The position numbers and the translations under genes were made by a program. A stretch of DNA of 64,000 nucleotides from Thermoanaerobaculia bacterium (GTDB lineage: Bacteria; Acidobacteriota; Thermoanaerobaculia; Multivoradales; Multivoraceae). The stretch is from the NCBI GenBank assembly GCA_963664405.1, contig OY761158.1, positions 3,488,001 through 3,552,000 on the forward strand, in the 5' to 3' direction. How positions within the stretch are numbered: the first letter of the stretch is position 1; the number at the start of each line of letters is the position of its first letter. Positions 1-9,207 of the stretch are shown piece by piece. The notes below the pieces were generated by a model. The model was not told where the DNA came from, searched no databases, and saw only the letters and a list, made by a program, of their open reading frames with translations.

Positions 1-767
1 CTGTAGCTGCGATTCTCCTCTTGGATGGGACCTGGATCTTCGTGATCCTGCTTCTCCTGTTCGAGGGCTCGGCCTGGGAGTTGTCGCGCATCGGCAAGCG
101 GCTCTATCCAAGAGCACCGATCGAAGTGCTCCTCTTGCTGATCCCGGTCGCTGCATTCTCATGGCTGTCGCCTCCGTCATACTTTCCGGCCCTCCCCTTC
201 GCGGTCCTCGCCGCCTCTCCTCTGGTGCTTGCCGTCTTGCTCTTGAGCCGTGGGGCGAATCCGACCGAGGCACTCGGAGCCCTCGGCTTTCTCAGTTTCG
301 GGCTTGTCTACCTCAGTGCTCCATTTTGGTCCTTGTTCGAGCTTCACCGAGCCAGCCCGCGCCTTCTCTTGCTGCTGCTGATCACAGTTTGGGGAAACGA
401 CGCGGCGGCTTTCTGGGTGGGGTCGGCGGTTGGGCGGCGGAAGCTGGCACCTCGGCTCAGTCCGAACAAGACCTACGAAGGCTCCGTCGCCGGTCTTGTG
501 GCGGCTGCATTGCTTGCCTTCGCGGGTTTGACCTGGTTGGGAGCGGAGAACCGATGGGAGTTGTGGGCTCTGCTCGTTCTGACGAGCGTCGCGGCGCAGC
601 TTGGAGATCTCATCGAATCACTGTTGAAGCGGGCGGCCGCGATCAAGGACTCGGGGCGTATTTTGCCCGGACATGGGGGTTTGCTCGATCGTCTGGATGC
701 AATTATTCTTGCCGCGCCGGTGTTCTATGGCTTGCTCGGTCTCTTTTCCACCGGCGTCGACTTTTGA
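1..767 (+). CDS. cdsA: Phosphatidate cytidylyltransferase (5'-truncated by the window edge)
   Basis: Motifs KLAPRLSPNKTYEG, GDLIESLLKRAAAIKDSG and PGHGGLLDRLD; frame is open to the window start. Confidence 0.95.
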   Translation, partial: VAAILLLDGTWIFVILLLLFEGSAWELSRIGKRLYPRAPIEVLLLLIPVAAFSWLSPPSYFPALPFAVLAASPLVLAVLLLSRGANPTEALGALGFLSFGLVYLSAPFWSLFELHRASPRLLLLLLITVWGNDAAAFWVGSAVGRRKLAPRLSPNKTYEGSVAGLVAAALLAFAGLTWLGAENRWELWALLVLTSVAAQLGDLIESLLKRAAAIKDSGRILPGHGGLLDRLDAIILAAPVFYGLLGLFSTGVDF

Positions 768-782
768 TCTGTACCACCGCCG

Positions 783-2120
783 ATGCAGATACTCAGCAAT
801 ACGCTCGCTTTCATCGTTGCCCTGGGCGTCATCGTATTCGTCCATGAGCTCGGTCACTATCTGGTAGCGAAGGCCTTTGGCGTCAGGGTGCTCACCTTCT
901 CCCTCGGCTTTGGTCGTAGGCTGTGGGGCTTTCAGCGAGGGGGTACCGAGTACCGAGTGTCCTGGGTCCCTCTCGGGGGATACGTGAACTTCGCTGGACA
1001 GGACCCCGCTGAGCGCAGCACGGACCCCCAGGAGTATCAGAACAGACCGCGCTGGCAGCGAGTTCTCATCCTGCTTGCTGGCCCGCTGATGAACGTCGTT
1101 CTTTCCTTGGTCTTGGTGACCGTGGTGTTCATGACCGGGTATGCCGCTAGAGATGCGGGTGATCTGCCCGCGGTTATCGGGATGGTCGAGCCGGATTCAC
1201 CGGGAGCGACCGCGGGCCTTGAGGCTGGCGACCGGATCGTGAGAATCGAAGGCGACGCGATCGACAGCTGGCAGGACCTGATCCTGGCGATCCTCACCTC
1301 TCCCGAGCGGCCCTTACTCCTGGAGTACGAACGCGCTGGCGAAGCTGAGGAAACCGAGGTGCTGCCGGCGAAGATTCCGCGTGACGAGGTGGGAGAGGCG
1401 GGTATTTATCCGCTGATCCTGGTTGGTGAGGTGGTGGCGGGTAGCGCGGCTGAGGAGGCCGGGATCCGAGTCGATGACGCGATTCTCGCAGTTGATGGTC
1501 AGGCCCTCGCCACATTCGCGGATCTGCGTGAACAGGTAATGGACCGACCGGGCGAGACACTGACCCTGCGTATACTTCGGGGTGACGTTATCCAATCACT
1601 CAGTGTAGTGCCACGCGCGGGGCCTCAGGGGGCGCTGATCGGTGTTGGTCAGCCCTATAAGCGCTACGCGTTGGGTGAGGCCGTCGTGGCGAGCGCCCGA
1701 TTCAACGCTGACCTGACCCGGCAGATCCTCTTTTTGGTCGAGAAGATACTCGAGCGTCGGATCTCGCTGAAGGCCTCGTTGGGCGGTCCGATCGAGATCG
1801 CCAAGGTAAGCGGAGAGGCTGCGCGGCGTAGTTTTCGAGACCTGATGCTTTTCATGTCCTTCGTCAGCATCAACTTGTTCGTCTTCAATCTCTTCCCGAT
1901 TCCGATCCTGGATGGTGGTCAGATCGTGATTCTGTTGGTGGAGAGCACCCTACGCCGAGATCTCTCTGCGGCGCTGAAGGAGAGGATCACCCAAGTCGGC
2001 TTGGTAATGATCGTAATGCTGATGGCGATGGCGTTATACTTCGATTTGTCGAAGAACCTGCCCTCACTTCTCCAGTCAGGGGACGGATCCGGCTCGACAG
2101 ACACTCGCATCACCGACTAG
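783..2120 (+). CDS. rseP: RIP metalloprotease RseP (M50, two PDZ domains)
   Basis: HELGH zinc motif, AGPLMN, NLFPIPILDGG; follows cdsA. Confidence 0.95.
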   Translation: MQILSNTLAFIVALGVIVFVHELGHYLVAKAFGVRVLTFSLGFGRRLWGFQRGGTEYRVSWVPLGGYVNFAGQDPAERSTDPQEYQNRPRWQRVLILLAGPLMNVVLSLVLVTVVFMTGYAARDAGDLPAVIGMVEPDSPGATAGLEAGDRIVRIEGDAIDSWQDLILAILTSPERPLLLEYERAGEAEETEVLPAKIPRDEVGEAGIYPLILVGEVVAGSAAEEAGIRVDDAILAVDGQALATFADLREQVMDRPGETLTLRILRGDVIQSLSVVPRAGPQGALIGVGQPYKRYALGEAVVASARFNADLTRQILFLVEKILERRISLKASLGGPIEIAKVSGEAARRSFRDLMLFMSFVSINLFVFNLFPIPILDGGQIVILLVESTLRRDLSAALKERITQVGLVMIVMLMAMALYFDLSKNLPSLLQSGDGSGSTDTRITD

Positions 2121-2198
2121 GTCGCGTTCCAGAAGAGACCTGTTCGGCGCTACCTTGGGCGGTGTTCCTCCCCCATTTCGAACAAGGACCGAAAAAAG

Positions 2199-2720
2199 AT
2201 GGCAGAGAGAATCTCAATAGGTGACGCGGCACCGGACTTCGATCTGAGCTCCACCGAGGAGGCGCTGCTGACACTGCGCGACGAGATCCCGCGGGCTACT
2301 GTGCTCGTCTACTTTTTCCTGGACATGTCTTCGGAGCGAGTGAAGCGAGACCTCGCGACCCTGGCGAGTCGTAGCTCCGAGTTGGCGGAGAGCCATGCCA
2401 AGGTCTTGGCGGTCTCTACCGCCAAGATGCCTGTCCTCAAGCAGCTACAAGTCGAACTGAATCTGCCCTTTCCGCTACTTCGAGACGACCGGAGCTTCAG
2501 CAGCGAGTACGGCATCGAGGAGGCTGATGAGGGAGAAGAGGCTTCCCCAGCCCTCTTCTTGATCGACAGCCAACAAGTGATTGCCTGGTTGGCAAACCCG
2601 GTCACTTCTGTGGATGACGCCATGCCCCAGGTATTGAAGTCGCTCCAGGGGCAGGGTTCTCCGACGGGGAACTACCCCAAGAGTGTAATCAACCGGGTCG
2701 TAGATCGTTGGGTGAACTAG
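2199..2720 (+). CDS. AhpC/TSA (BCP-like) redoxin-fold protein with no cysteine
   Basis: IGDAAPDFDL, VLVYFF, LPFPLLRD and PALFLID match the peroxiredoxin fold; the catalytic PxxxTxxC motif is absent. Confidence 0.7.
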   Translation: MAERISIGDAAPDFDLSSTEEALLTLRDEIPRATVLVYFFLDMSSERVKRDLATLASRSSELAESHAKVLAVSTAKMPVLKQLQVELNLPFPLLRDDRSFSSEYGIEEADEGEEASPALFLIDSQQVIAWLANPVTSVDDAMPQVLKSLQGQGSPTGNYPKSVINRVVDRWVN

Positions 2721-2787
2721 TGCCCTGGCTCGACGCAGCTCGAGCGGGGGTACCCTGAAAAGAGCACAGCAGGCTCACCCGAAAGTA

Positions 2788-3543
2788 ATGCTGCTTCGAA
2801 TTCTTCGCGGCCTCGGAACCCTGGCTTGGGTTGGGCTCTTGCTTGGGGTGTTTGTTCTCTCCGCAAACTTCTCATTCAGCCGCTTTGTTCGCCGCGGAGA
2901 GGTCACCCTTCCGCAGCTTACCGGCCTGTCGCTCGAGGAAGGCTCGGCTCGGCTGGCGGAGGTAGGAGTCGGCCTGATACGCCGGGAGGAGAGAGATCGC
3001 TTTGATAGCGAAGTGCCGCCGGGAAGAGTCGTCGATCAGATTCCCAAGGGCGGAACGCCCGCGAAAAGGGGGAGCCTGGTCGAGGTTGCGCTTTCCCGGG
3101 GCCGTGAGTTGGTCGAGGTGCCGGATCTCCTCGGTCAGCCCATGCAGACTGTGTTGGTACATCTCAAGGCTTCGAGCCTGACCATGGGTCGAGTTCTTCG
3201 GGTATTCGCGACCAGCGGAGAAGAAGGCAAGGTGGTCCGGCAGCACCCCCTGCCGGGAGCCAAGGTGGACCCGATGACGCCGGTCGTTCTCTTCGTGCGG
3301 GTTGCGGACTCAGACGAGAGTCTTGTAATGCCCGACCTGATCTCTCGAAACTATGAAGTCGTCAGGCACTTCTTCGAGCTTAGGGACTTTCGTGTCGGTA
3401 GTATCAAGTACGAGGCCTATGAGGGGGCGGCCCCAGGGACTGTACTGAGACAGTACCCTCTTCCAGGGCACCGCCTAGGCCACCGTAACGTCATTTCTCT
3501 GGTCGTTTCGGCTGGGGGTCGGTTGGCGGAGAACAACTCATGA
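2788..3543 (+). CDS. Membrane-anchored protein with three PASTA domains
   Basis: N-terminal TM helix, then three repeats of xPxLxG...G.VxxQxPxxG; overlaps the rpe start. Confidence 0.85.
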   Translation: MLLRILRGLGTLAWVGLLLGVFVLSANFSFSRFVRRGEVTLPQLTGLSLEEGSARLAEVGVGLIRREERDRFDSEVPPGRVVDQIPKGGTPAKRGSLVEVALSRGRELVEVPDLLGQPMQTVLVHLKASSLTMGRVLRVFATSGEEGKVVRQHPLPGAKVDPMTPVVLFVRVADSDESLVMPDLISRNYEVVRHFFELRDFRVGSIKYEAYEGAAPGTVLRQYPLPGHRLGHRNVISLVVSAGGRLAENNS

Positions 3544-4196
3544 AGCTCGCTCCTTCGATACTTTCCGCCGACCTGGGCGATCTGGATAGCGCGGTGGCAG
3601 CTGCTGTGGAGGGTGGAGCGGATCTTGTTCATGTCGATGTAATGGACGGTCACTTCGTTCCCAACCTGAGCTTCGGGATTCCGGTCATCCGGGCACTGGC
3701 GCGAAGAACCGATTTACCGCTGGATGTTCATCTGATGGTGGCGAATCCTGAGCGGCTACTCGACCGATACATCGAGGCCGGGTCCTCTTGGCTGTCCGTT
3801 CATTGGGAAGCCTCCGTCCATATCCATGGTCTCTTGTCGCGTATTCGGGAGGGCGGAGCGAAGGCGGGTGTGGCGCTGAACCCGGCCACTCCGGTCGAAG
3901 TGCTCCGAGACATTGTTTCGGAGCTCGACTTCGTTCTCGTCATGTCTGTCAACCCAGGCTTCTCCGGCCAGGCCTTCATTCCGGCGGCCCTCGACAAGGC
4001 ACGTCGTCTCCGGCAGATGGTCGAGGAAAGAGGCTTGGCCGTCGAGATCGAGATGGACGGCGGCATCGGCCCAGACAACATAGCTCGAGTCGTTGAAAGT
4101 GGGGTCGATATCTGCGTCTCTGGATCCGAGGTGTTCGGCCAGCCAGATGCGGCGGCGGCACTTCGCGGCCTGCGTAGCGCCGGAGGTGAGGCGTGA
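3540..4196 (+). CDS. rpe: Ribulose-phosphate 3-epimerase
   Basis: LAPSILSAD, HVDVMDGHFVPN, DVHLMV, VMSVNPGF, DGGI. Confidence 0.97.
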   Translation: MKLAPSILSADLGDLDSAVAAAVEGGADLVHVDVMDGHFVPNLSFGIPVIRALARRTDLPLDVHLMVANPERLLDRYIEAGSSWLSVHWEASVHIHGLLSRIREGGAKAGVALNPATPVEVLRDIVSELDFVLVMSVNPGFSGQAFIPAALDKARRLRQMVEERGLAVEIEMDGGIGPDNIARVVESGVDICVSGSEVFGQPDAAAALRGLRSAGGEA

Positions 4197-5014
4197 ACGC
4201 TCGGGTTCTTCTTGTGCTGGCCCTGACGTTGGTGGGGTGTTTTGGTGGTCTCGACGACGACCCGATCCTTATGCTCTCCTCGACCGAGGCGCTCGAGGAG
4301 GGGCGTGGGCTGCTCGCCCAGGACAAACCCAAGGAGGCGCGACCCTACTTCCTTCACGCGTTCGAGGTAGAGCCCAACTCCGCGACAGGCCGCGAGGGGC
4401 TTCTGCTCGCTTCGGATTCCTTCTTCAGGTCGGGAGGCGAGGCCAATCTCATCAAAGCAGAGGCCAGGTATCGCGACTTCGTCAATCGATTTCCGACCAG
4501 TGAGCACGCTGCATATGCACAGTTCCAGATCGGGCTCAGTCTGGCTCGTCGGGTGGTCAAACCGGACCGAGACCAGTCGGTGTCCGAACAGGCTCTGGTA
4601 GCTCTCGATGATGTTCGGCGCTTCTATCCGACGAGCACCTATGCTGAACAGGCGACCGTCGAGATGGCTCTCGTTCGGAATCGAATAGCGGAGCATGACT
4701 ACCTGGTAGGTCGCTTTTATATCCGCTTTGGGATGCCCTACTCGGCGATCCAGCGCTTCGAAGGCGTCCTCGAGAACTATGCCGACTACCCTGACCAGGA
4801 CAAGGTCCTCTTCCAGCTGTGTCGCGCCTACTTGAAGCGTGGTGCTCCTGGAGACGCAGCTCTTGCCAGTGGGTATTGCGGTCGCTTGGAGCGTGATTTC
4901 CCGGAGAGCGAATTCGCTGGCAAGATCTCGAAGTTGCCGCCGCTTCCGATCGAGGAGCTTGAAGTCGATGAAGAGGACGATACTTCTTCTGAGTCTACTG
5001 ACACTGGCGTGTAG
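4193..5014 (+). CDS. bamD: Outer membrane protein assembly lipoprotein BamD
   Basis: Lipobox LVGC, TPR-like helices, DRDQS, FYPTSTY, AEHDYLVGRFY. Confidence 0.88.
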   Translation: MNARVLLVLALTLVGCFGGLDDDPILMLSSTEALEEGRGLLAQDKPKEARPYFLHAFEVEPNSATGREGLLLASDSFFRSGGEANLIKAEARYRDFVNRFPTSEHAAYAQFQIGLSLARRVVKPDRDQSVSEQALVALDDVRRFYPTSTYAEQATVEMALVRNRIAEHDYLVGRFYIRFGMPYSAIQRFEGVLENYADYPDQDKVLFQLCRAYLKRGAPGDAALASGYCGRLERDFPESEFAGKISKLPPLPIEELEVDEEDDTSSESTDTGV

Positions 5015-5747
5015 CGCGCAGCGCCCGCCACCGCCGGCTCAGGATCTGTCGCAGGCAGTGGAGAGCTTGAAGAGGCGCGTGCTCGAGCTTCAACGCCAGG
5101 CCGCGGTGGATAAGGTCGAGATCGAGCGGCTGCGCCAGAAGGTCGCGGCCCTAGAGTCCCGGTTCGACGCCGCGGCCGTGGCGCTGCGACGCCAAGAGGA
5201 GCAGCCGCGCGGGCTAGACGACGAGCACGTGCCGAGTGCGAACGCCGTGCAGGTGATCGAGGTTGCCGATCTGGAAGAGCCCCTCGAAGAGCTCGAGCCG
5301 CCGGAGGAGTCACCCGTGCCCACACCGAAGTCGGAAAGCCCTTCGGCCCAGGGGGCGCAGGCTCAAGAGGTAACGGCGGCGGCACAAGCACTTTACGATC
5401 AAGGCTACTCGCTATTCCACCAGGGTCGCAGTGTTGACGCCGAGGAGACCTTCGAGCGTTTTCTAAACGCGTTTGGGCGCACGGATCTTGCCGACAATGC
5501 TCAGTTTTGGATCGGCGAGTGCCGCCTCTCTAGAGGCGAGCTGCAATCCGCCCTCTCCGCCTTTCGCGAGACCGTGAGGTCCTACGAGAGCGCCAATAAG
5601 GCGCCAGATGCGCTGCTCAGGGTAGGCGACACGTTGAAGATGATGGGCGATCTCGACGGCGCCAGGCTGAGTTATGAGGAGGTTCAACGCCGGTACCCCG
5701 GGGGCCCCGCAAGTGACCGGGCCGCCTCCTTGCTCGATTCGCTGTGA
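4968..5747 (+). CDS. cpoB: Tol-Pal-associated TPR lipoprotein CpoB/YbgF
   Basis: True start is probably ATG 4968 (GAGGAG upstream); lipobox LTLAC, coiled coil, LADNAQFWIGE, NKAPDALL. Confidence 0.85.
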   Translation: MKRTILLLSLLTLACSAQRPPPPAQDLSQAVESLKRRVLELQRQAAVDKVEIERLRQKVAALESRFDAAAVALRRQEEQPRGLDDEHVPSANAVQVIEVADLEEPLEELEPPEESPVPTPKSESPSAQGAQAQEVTAAAQALYDQGYSLFHQGRSVDAEETFERFLNAFGRTDLADNAQFWIGECRLSRGELQSALSAFRETVRSYESANKAPDALLRVGDTLKMMGDLDGARLSYEEVQRRYPGGPASDRAASLLDSL

Positions 5748-5782
5748 GCTCTCAAGCTCAAGTAGTACTTGAGCTTGAGAGC
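5748..5782. repeat. Perfect 17-bp inverted repeat with a 1-nt centre (GCTCTCAAGCTCAAGTA-G-TACTTGAGCTTGAGAGC)
   Basis: Read directly from the sequence; lies between the cpoB stop and a sigma70 promoter. Confidence 0.9.
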
Positions 5783-5790
5783 CCTAACTC

Positions 5791-5819
5791 TTGACAAAAG
5801 AAGGTGGCGCGACTACTCT
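5791..5819 (+). promoter_or_regulatory. Sigma70-type promoter of the LysM gene
   Basis: TTGACA-N17-TACTCT. Confidence 0.75.
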
Positions 5820-5906
5820 TTGCGGACGGCCCAATAGGCTTGTTTCGATAGGGGTATTCGTATTCCCACGTTGTTCTATCTGAAGACTCGCAAGAGGAGG
5901 CCTCTA

Positions 5907-6668
5907 GTGACTCCAACAAGAACGGTGTTGCTCCTCGCCCTCTTGGCTTCTGTCGCCTACGTTGGCGCACAAACGCCGCCGTCAGATCTCCATCAGGTTG
6001 GAGATCATTGGACCCCCTGGGAGCCTCCCACTTCTTTTCCTGAAGGGGCTGAGGTCTACACGATTGTTCCTGGCGACACATTCTGGGACCTGTCCCAGCG
6101 CTTCCTCGGCGATCCCTACCTCTGGCCTCAGATTTGGGAGCGCAATCGCTACGTTCTGGACGCTCACTGGATTTACCCAGGAGATCCCCTTCTACTGGGC
6201 CTTAGTGTTGCCGAGCCTGAGGAGAGCACTCCGGTCGAGCTCACCGACAATGACGATTCGGGGGGTGAGCCAGAGGAGGAGATGGAAGCGGAAGAGGACG
6301 ATAGCGTCGCGGTGAGCACCGCTCCCTACCCCTTCCGTCAGCTCGGCACCGCGGATGACATCTACTGCAGCGGCTATATTGGAAAGACCGATGAGGTATT
6401 CCCTGTAGAGCTCAAAGGGAGCGAATACGAGCAGCTTGTGCCCCGTGTTAAAGCCGGCCAGCGTCAGAGGATCAACGCCCGCTTCGGGTCCACGGACACG
6501 GTGAAGTACGGTCTGAGCTTCGGTGACATCGTCTACCTGGGCGAGGGCGCGGACGCCGGCCTCCTGCCTGGCGACGTGTTGGTTTCGGTGCAGCCGCAAC
6601 TGTTGGTCCGACATCCCATCAGTAACAAGCCGGTCGGGCGCTTCTACTATTACGAGGGACGAGTCCTG
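5907..6668 (+). pseudogene. LysM-domain secreted protein, 5' part (interrupted by the IS30/IS3 composite)
   Basis: GTG start after GAGGAGG; signal peptide; LysM YTIVPGDTFWDLSQRFLGDPYLWPQIW...IYPGD; host sequence ends at ...EGRVL. Confidence 0.9.
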
Positions 6669-6746
6669 CTTGGGTTCAAGGGGTCGTCGCAACGTTGCCT
6701 TGGTGAGCAGAGTGTACAAACTCATCGAAGACTTCGGCAGGGGTTC
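6669..6746 (-). repeat. Duplicated IS30 right end (second copy at 7161-7238, 3 mismatches in 78 bp)
   Basis: Direct comparison of 6669-6746 with 7161-7238. Confidence 0.92.
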
Positions 6747-7160
6747 TGAGCGGTCACGGTTTCGTGGACACCAAGTTAAGCCCCATCGGGGCAGTTCCTA
6801 TTCTGCATCAGTTCGGGTAGTCAGCTTCGGACGAGGCTGTGCGAGGTTCGGGGAGCGCAGCCTCCCTTCGGATCCGACCGCCGGTCGCGCGTGAGTTCAC
6901 GCTGCCCCTTCGAAGGCCTCGGGGCTCAGGAATCCGAGCGTCGAATGCTGGCGTCTCAGGTTGTAGAACACTTCGAGGTAAGAAACCGCTTCGTCGTGAG
7001 CTCGCTGACGAGTCTCGAAGGGTCGGTCCCAGACCTCGGTCTTGAGACTGTCGAAGAAGCTCTCCAAGACCGCATTGTCATAACAATTTCCGACGCCGGA
7101 CATGCTGCAGCGAAACCGCAGCTCAGCCAGCCGATCCTGGTAAGCCTTCGAGGCGTACTG
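6747..7160 (-). pseudogene. IS3-family remnant: right end plus C-terminal part of the OrfB integrase core (stop at 6897)
   Basis: TG-starting end TGAGCGGTCACGGTTTCGTGGACACC; QYAS...SMSGVGNCYDNAVLESFFDSLKTE...FYNLRRQHSTLGFLSP. Confidence 0.88.
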
Positions 7161-7167
7161 CTTGGGT

Positions 7168-8565
7168 TCAAGGAGTCGTCGCAGCGTTGCCTTGGTGAGC
7201 AGAGTGTACAAGCTCATCGAAGACTTCGGCAGGGGTTCTCCAGCCGAGGGTCTTGCGGGGTCGGCCGTTGAGTGCGAGCGCGACCGCGGCGAGGTCGTCG
7301 CAGGAGTATCTGACAAGGTCGGTGCCCTTCGGGAAGTACTGGCGTAGTAGTCCGTTGGTGTTCTCGTTGGTGCCCCGCTGCCAGGGGCTGTGCGGGTCGC
7401 AGAAGTAGATCGCGAGGCCGGTATCGACGCGGAGTTGAGCGTGTTGAGCCATCTCGGCGCCCTGGTCCCAGGTCAAGGACCGGCGGAGCTGCTCGGGCAG
7501 CGTGGTGATTGACACCGCGATCGCGTCACGGACGGCTTCGGCGCCGTGCCCGGCGAGGGCCGGCCCGTTCTTCACCCTCGATTCGGTCCCGTGCCCTTCC
7601 ATGCGGGGCAGGTGCAGCAGCATCGTGAACCGCGTAGTGCGTTCGACGAGGGTCCCGATCGCTGAGCTCTCGAGCCCGACGATCAGGTCGCCTTCCCAGT
7701 GACCCGGCACGGCCCTGTCGCCGGCTTCGGCGGGGCGTTCGCTGATCATGATCTCCGGAGTTACAAATTTCTTGCCTCTCCCCCGGGTTCGCGCATGCGG
7801 CACTCGTAGCGCTCGCCCGGTTCGCAGGCACGCGACGAGCTCGCGTTTGAGGGCTCCTCGACCTTGGATGTAGAGCGCTTGGTAGATCGCCTCGTGAGAG
7901 ATCCGCATCGACTCATTATGGGGGAAATCAATCCGAAGCCGGTTCGAGATCTGCTCCGGACTCCAGGATTTCGCCCAACGCCGATCCTGGCGACGGCCGT
8001 GCCGACGGCCGATCCAACGCACATCCGGACCCGGCACCAGCTCCCCGTCAGGCCTTGCGATCACGCCGGCGAGGCGGTTCTGCACGTACTCACGCAAGGC
8101 ATCGTTCGCGGCAAGCTTGGAGACCTTCGGACGGCTGGCGCGCCGCTCCGCGTGCCACTGCGCAGTCGTGGCCCGATAAGTTACGGCACGGCTGCGAGTC
8201 GCCGCGTTGCGGCGCAGCTCCCGCGAAATCGTCGACGGTGAACGACCCAGGCGGCGAGCGATCTCACGTACCCCAACATGCTGAGCGTGAAGGATGGCGA
8301 TCTCTTCACGCTCGGCGAACGACAGATAACGCCCCGACACCGGAGCCAACGAGATAGGTCGCATTCCACCAGCTTGCCTGAACCATCTCGACCCGACAGC
8401 CGGCGACACCCCAGCCTCTGTTGCGGCGTCCTCGCTGGACGCCCCACGAGCGATCGTCTCCCAGAACCGGATCCGGTCCTCGCGCCGCGCTGTCGAGGGC
8501 CGGCCAGGTGACCGCATCTGGCCACGCATCGCTCGAATCGCACCCTGACACTTGCCAACTCCCAT
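7168..8565 (-). CDS. IS30-family transposase (long type with extra N-terminal HTH); start may be ATG ~8529
   Basis: LSFAEREEI...SPSTISRELRRN, WSPEQI, GHWEGDL, TWDQGAEM, SPWQRGTNENTNGLLRQYFPKG. Confidence 0.96.
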   Translation of the reverse strand: MGVGKCQGAIRAMRGQMRSPGRPSTARREDRIRFWETIARGASSEDAATEAGVSPAVGSRWFRQAGGMRPISLAPVSGRYLSFAEREEIAILHAQHVGVREIARRLGRSPSTISRELRRNAATRSRAVTYRATTAQWHAERRASRPKVSKLAANDALREYVQNRLAGVIARPDGELVPGPDVRWIGRRHGRRQDRRWAKSWSPEQISNRLRIDFPHNESMRISHEAIYQALYIQGRGALKRELVACLRTGRALRVPHARTRGRGKKFVTPEIMISERPAEAGDRAVPGHWEGDLIVGLESSAIGTLVERTTRFTMLLHLPRMEGHGTESRVKNGPALAGHGAEAVRDAIAVSITTLPEQLRRSLTWDQGAEMAQHAQLRVDTGLAIYFCDPHSPWQRGTNENTNGLLRQYFPKGTDLVRYSCDDLAAVALALNGRPRKTLGWRTPAEVFDELVHSAHQGNAATTP

Positions 8566-8612
8566 CGAAACACCTCCATCACGAGATGTTGCGACGACCA
8601 GTTGAATCCGCC

Positions 8613-9038
8613 CTGGTTCTTTCGGTCCAAGGCGAGGACGCGATCGGCGAGATCATTCAAAGTTGCGCTCCGATGCATGTCGGTAGCCGGTTGAAGAGAT
8701 TCACTCCGGAGCCAGTACCGTCTGAGCGCAAGGGCCCGATGAGGCCAGCTACAGAGCCCGTCAGCCGCGATTCGCTAGAGGGTGCTGCCACCATCGTTCA
8801 TGCCCGAGACGGGGTGCACACGGTGGCGCAGGACCATGTGGTCTTCATCGACAGGGGCGAGGAAGACAACCTCGTGCCCGGAGACATCATGACCGTATTT
8901 CGAGTGCCCGTTGGCGATGCACCAGCGGTTGTCCTAGGCGAGATCGCCATCCTCTCGGTACGGTCTGAGACCAGCGTTGCAAAGATCGTGTCGACTCGAC
9001 ATCCCATTTACGTGGGCGACGTAGCATTGCTCGAGTGA
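8613..9038 (+). pseudogene. LysM-domain protein, 3' part
   Basis: In-frame continuation after the CTG duplication: VLSVQGEDAIGEIIQSC...VVFIDRGEEDNLVPGD...IYVGD, which parallels IVYLGEGADAGLLPGD in the 5' part. Confidence 0.85.
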
Positions 9039-9207
9039 GCGCTGCGCATTCTTCCGAGAAGCTCCTGCCGAGTGGAGGGCCTGAGGTCGGTCCCTCGGAT
9101 CGCAGAAAGAATCCTCTCGAAAGCTGGGGGAACTGTCTTCGATGAGCGCGATTGAAGCGCCATTTGCTGTGGTATGGTCGGCTGGTTTCGGAAGGGAATG
9201 AGCCGCG

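Larger units (their letters stand above)
6669..8612 (-). mobile_element. Composite element (1944 bp): outer IS30 right-end fragment + IS3 3' remnant + complete IS30; 3-bp CTG target duplication
   Basis: Ends CTTGGGTTCAAGGGGTCGTCGCAAC and revcomp GGCGGATTCAACTGGTCGTCGCAAC; CTG at 6666-6668 and 8613-8615; removing it restores the frame GRVL|VLSVQ. Confidence 0.9.

Noticed and set aside
2199-2720. Selenoprotein peroxiredoxin, suggested by selA in the window
   Set aside because: No in-frame TGA at the active-site position; the ORF ends in TAG.
5826-5906. Riboswitch (e.g. c-di-AMP) in the LysM gene leader
   Set aside because: The leader is only about 80 nt and I could not match any conserved riboswitch core.
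6897-7316. 139-aa ORF as an intact gene
   Set aside because: It is a chimera of an alternative IS30 frame and the IS3 OrfB tail across the 7160/7161 junction.
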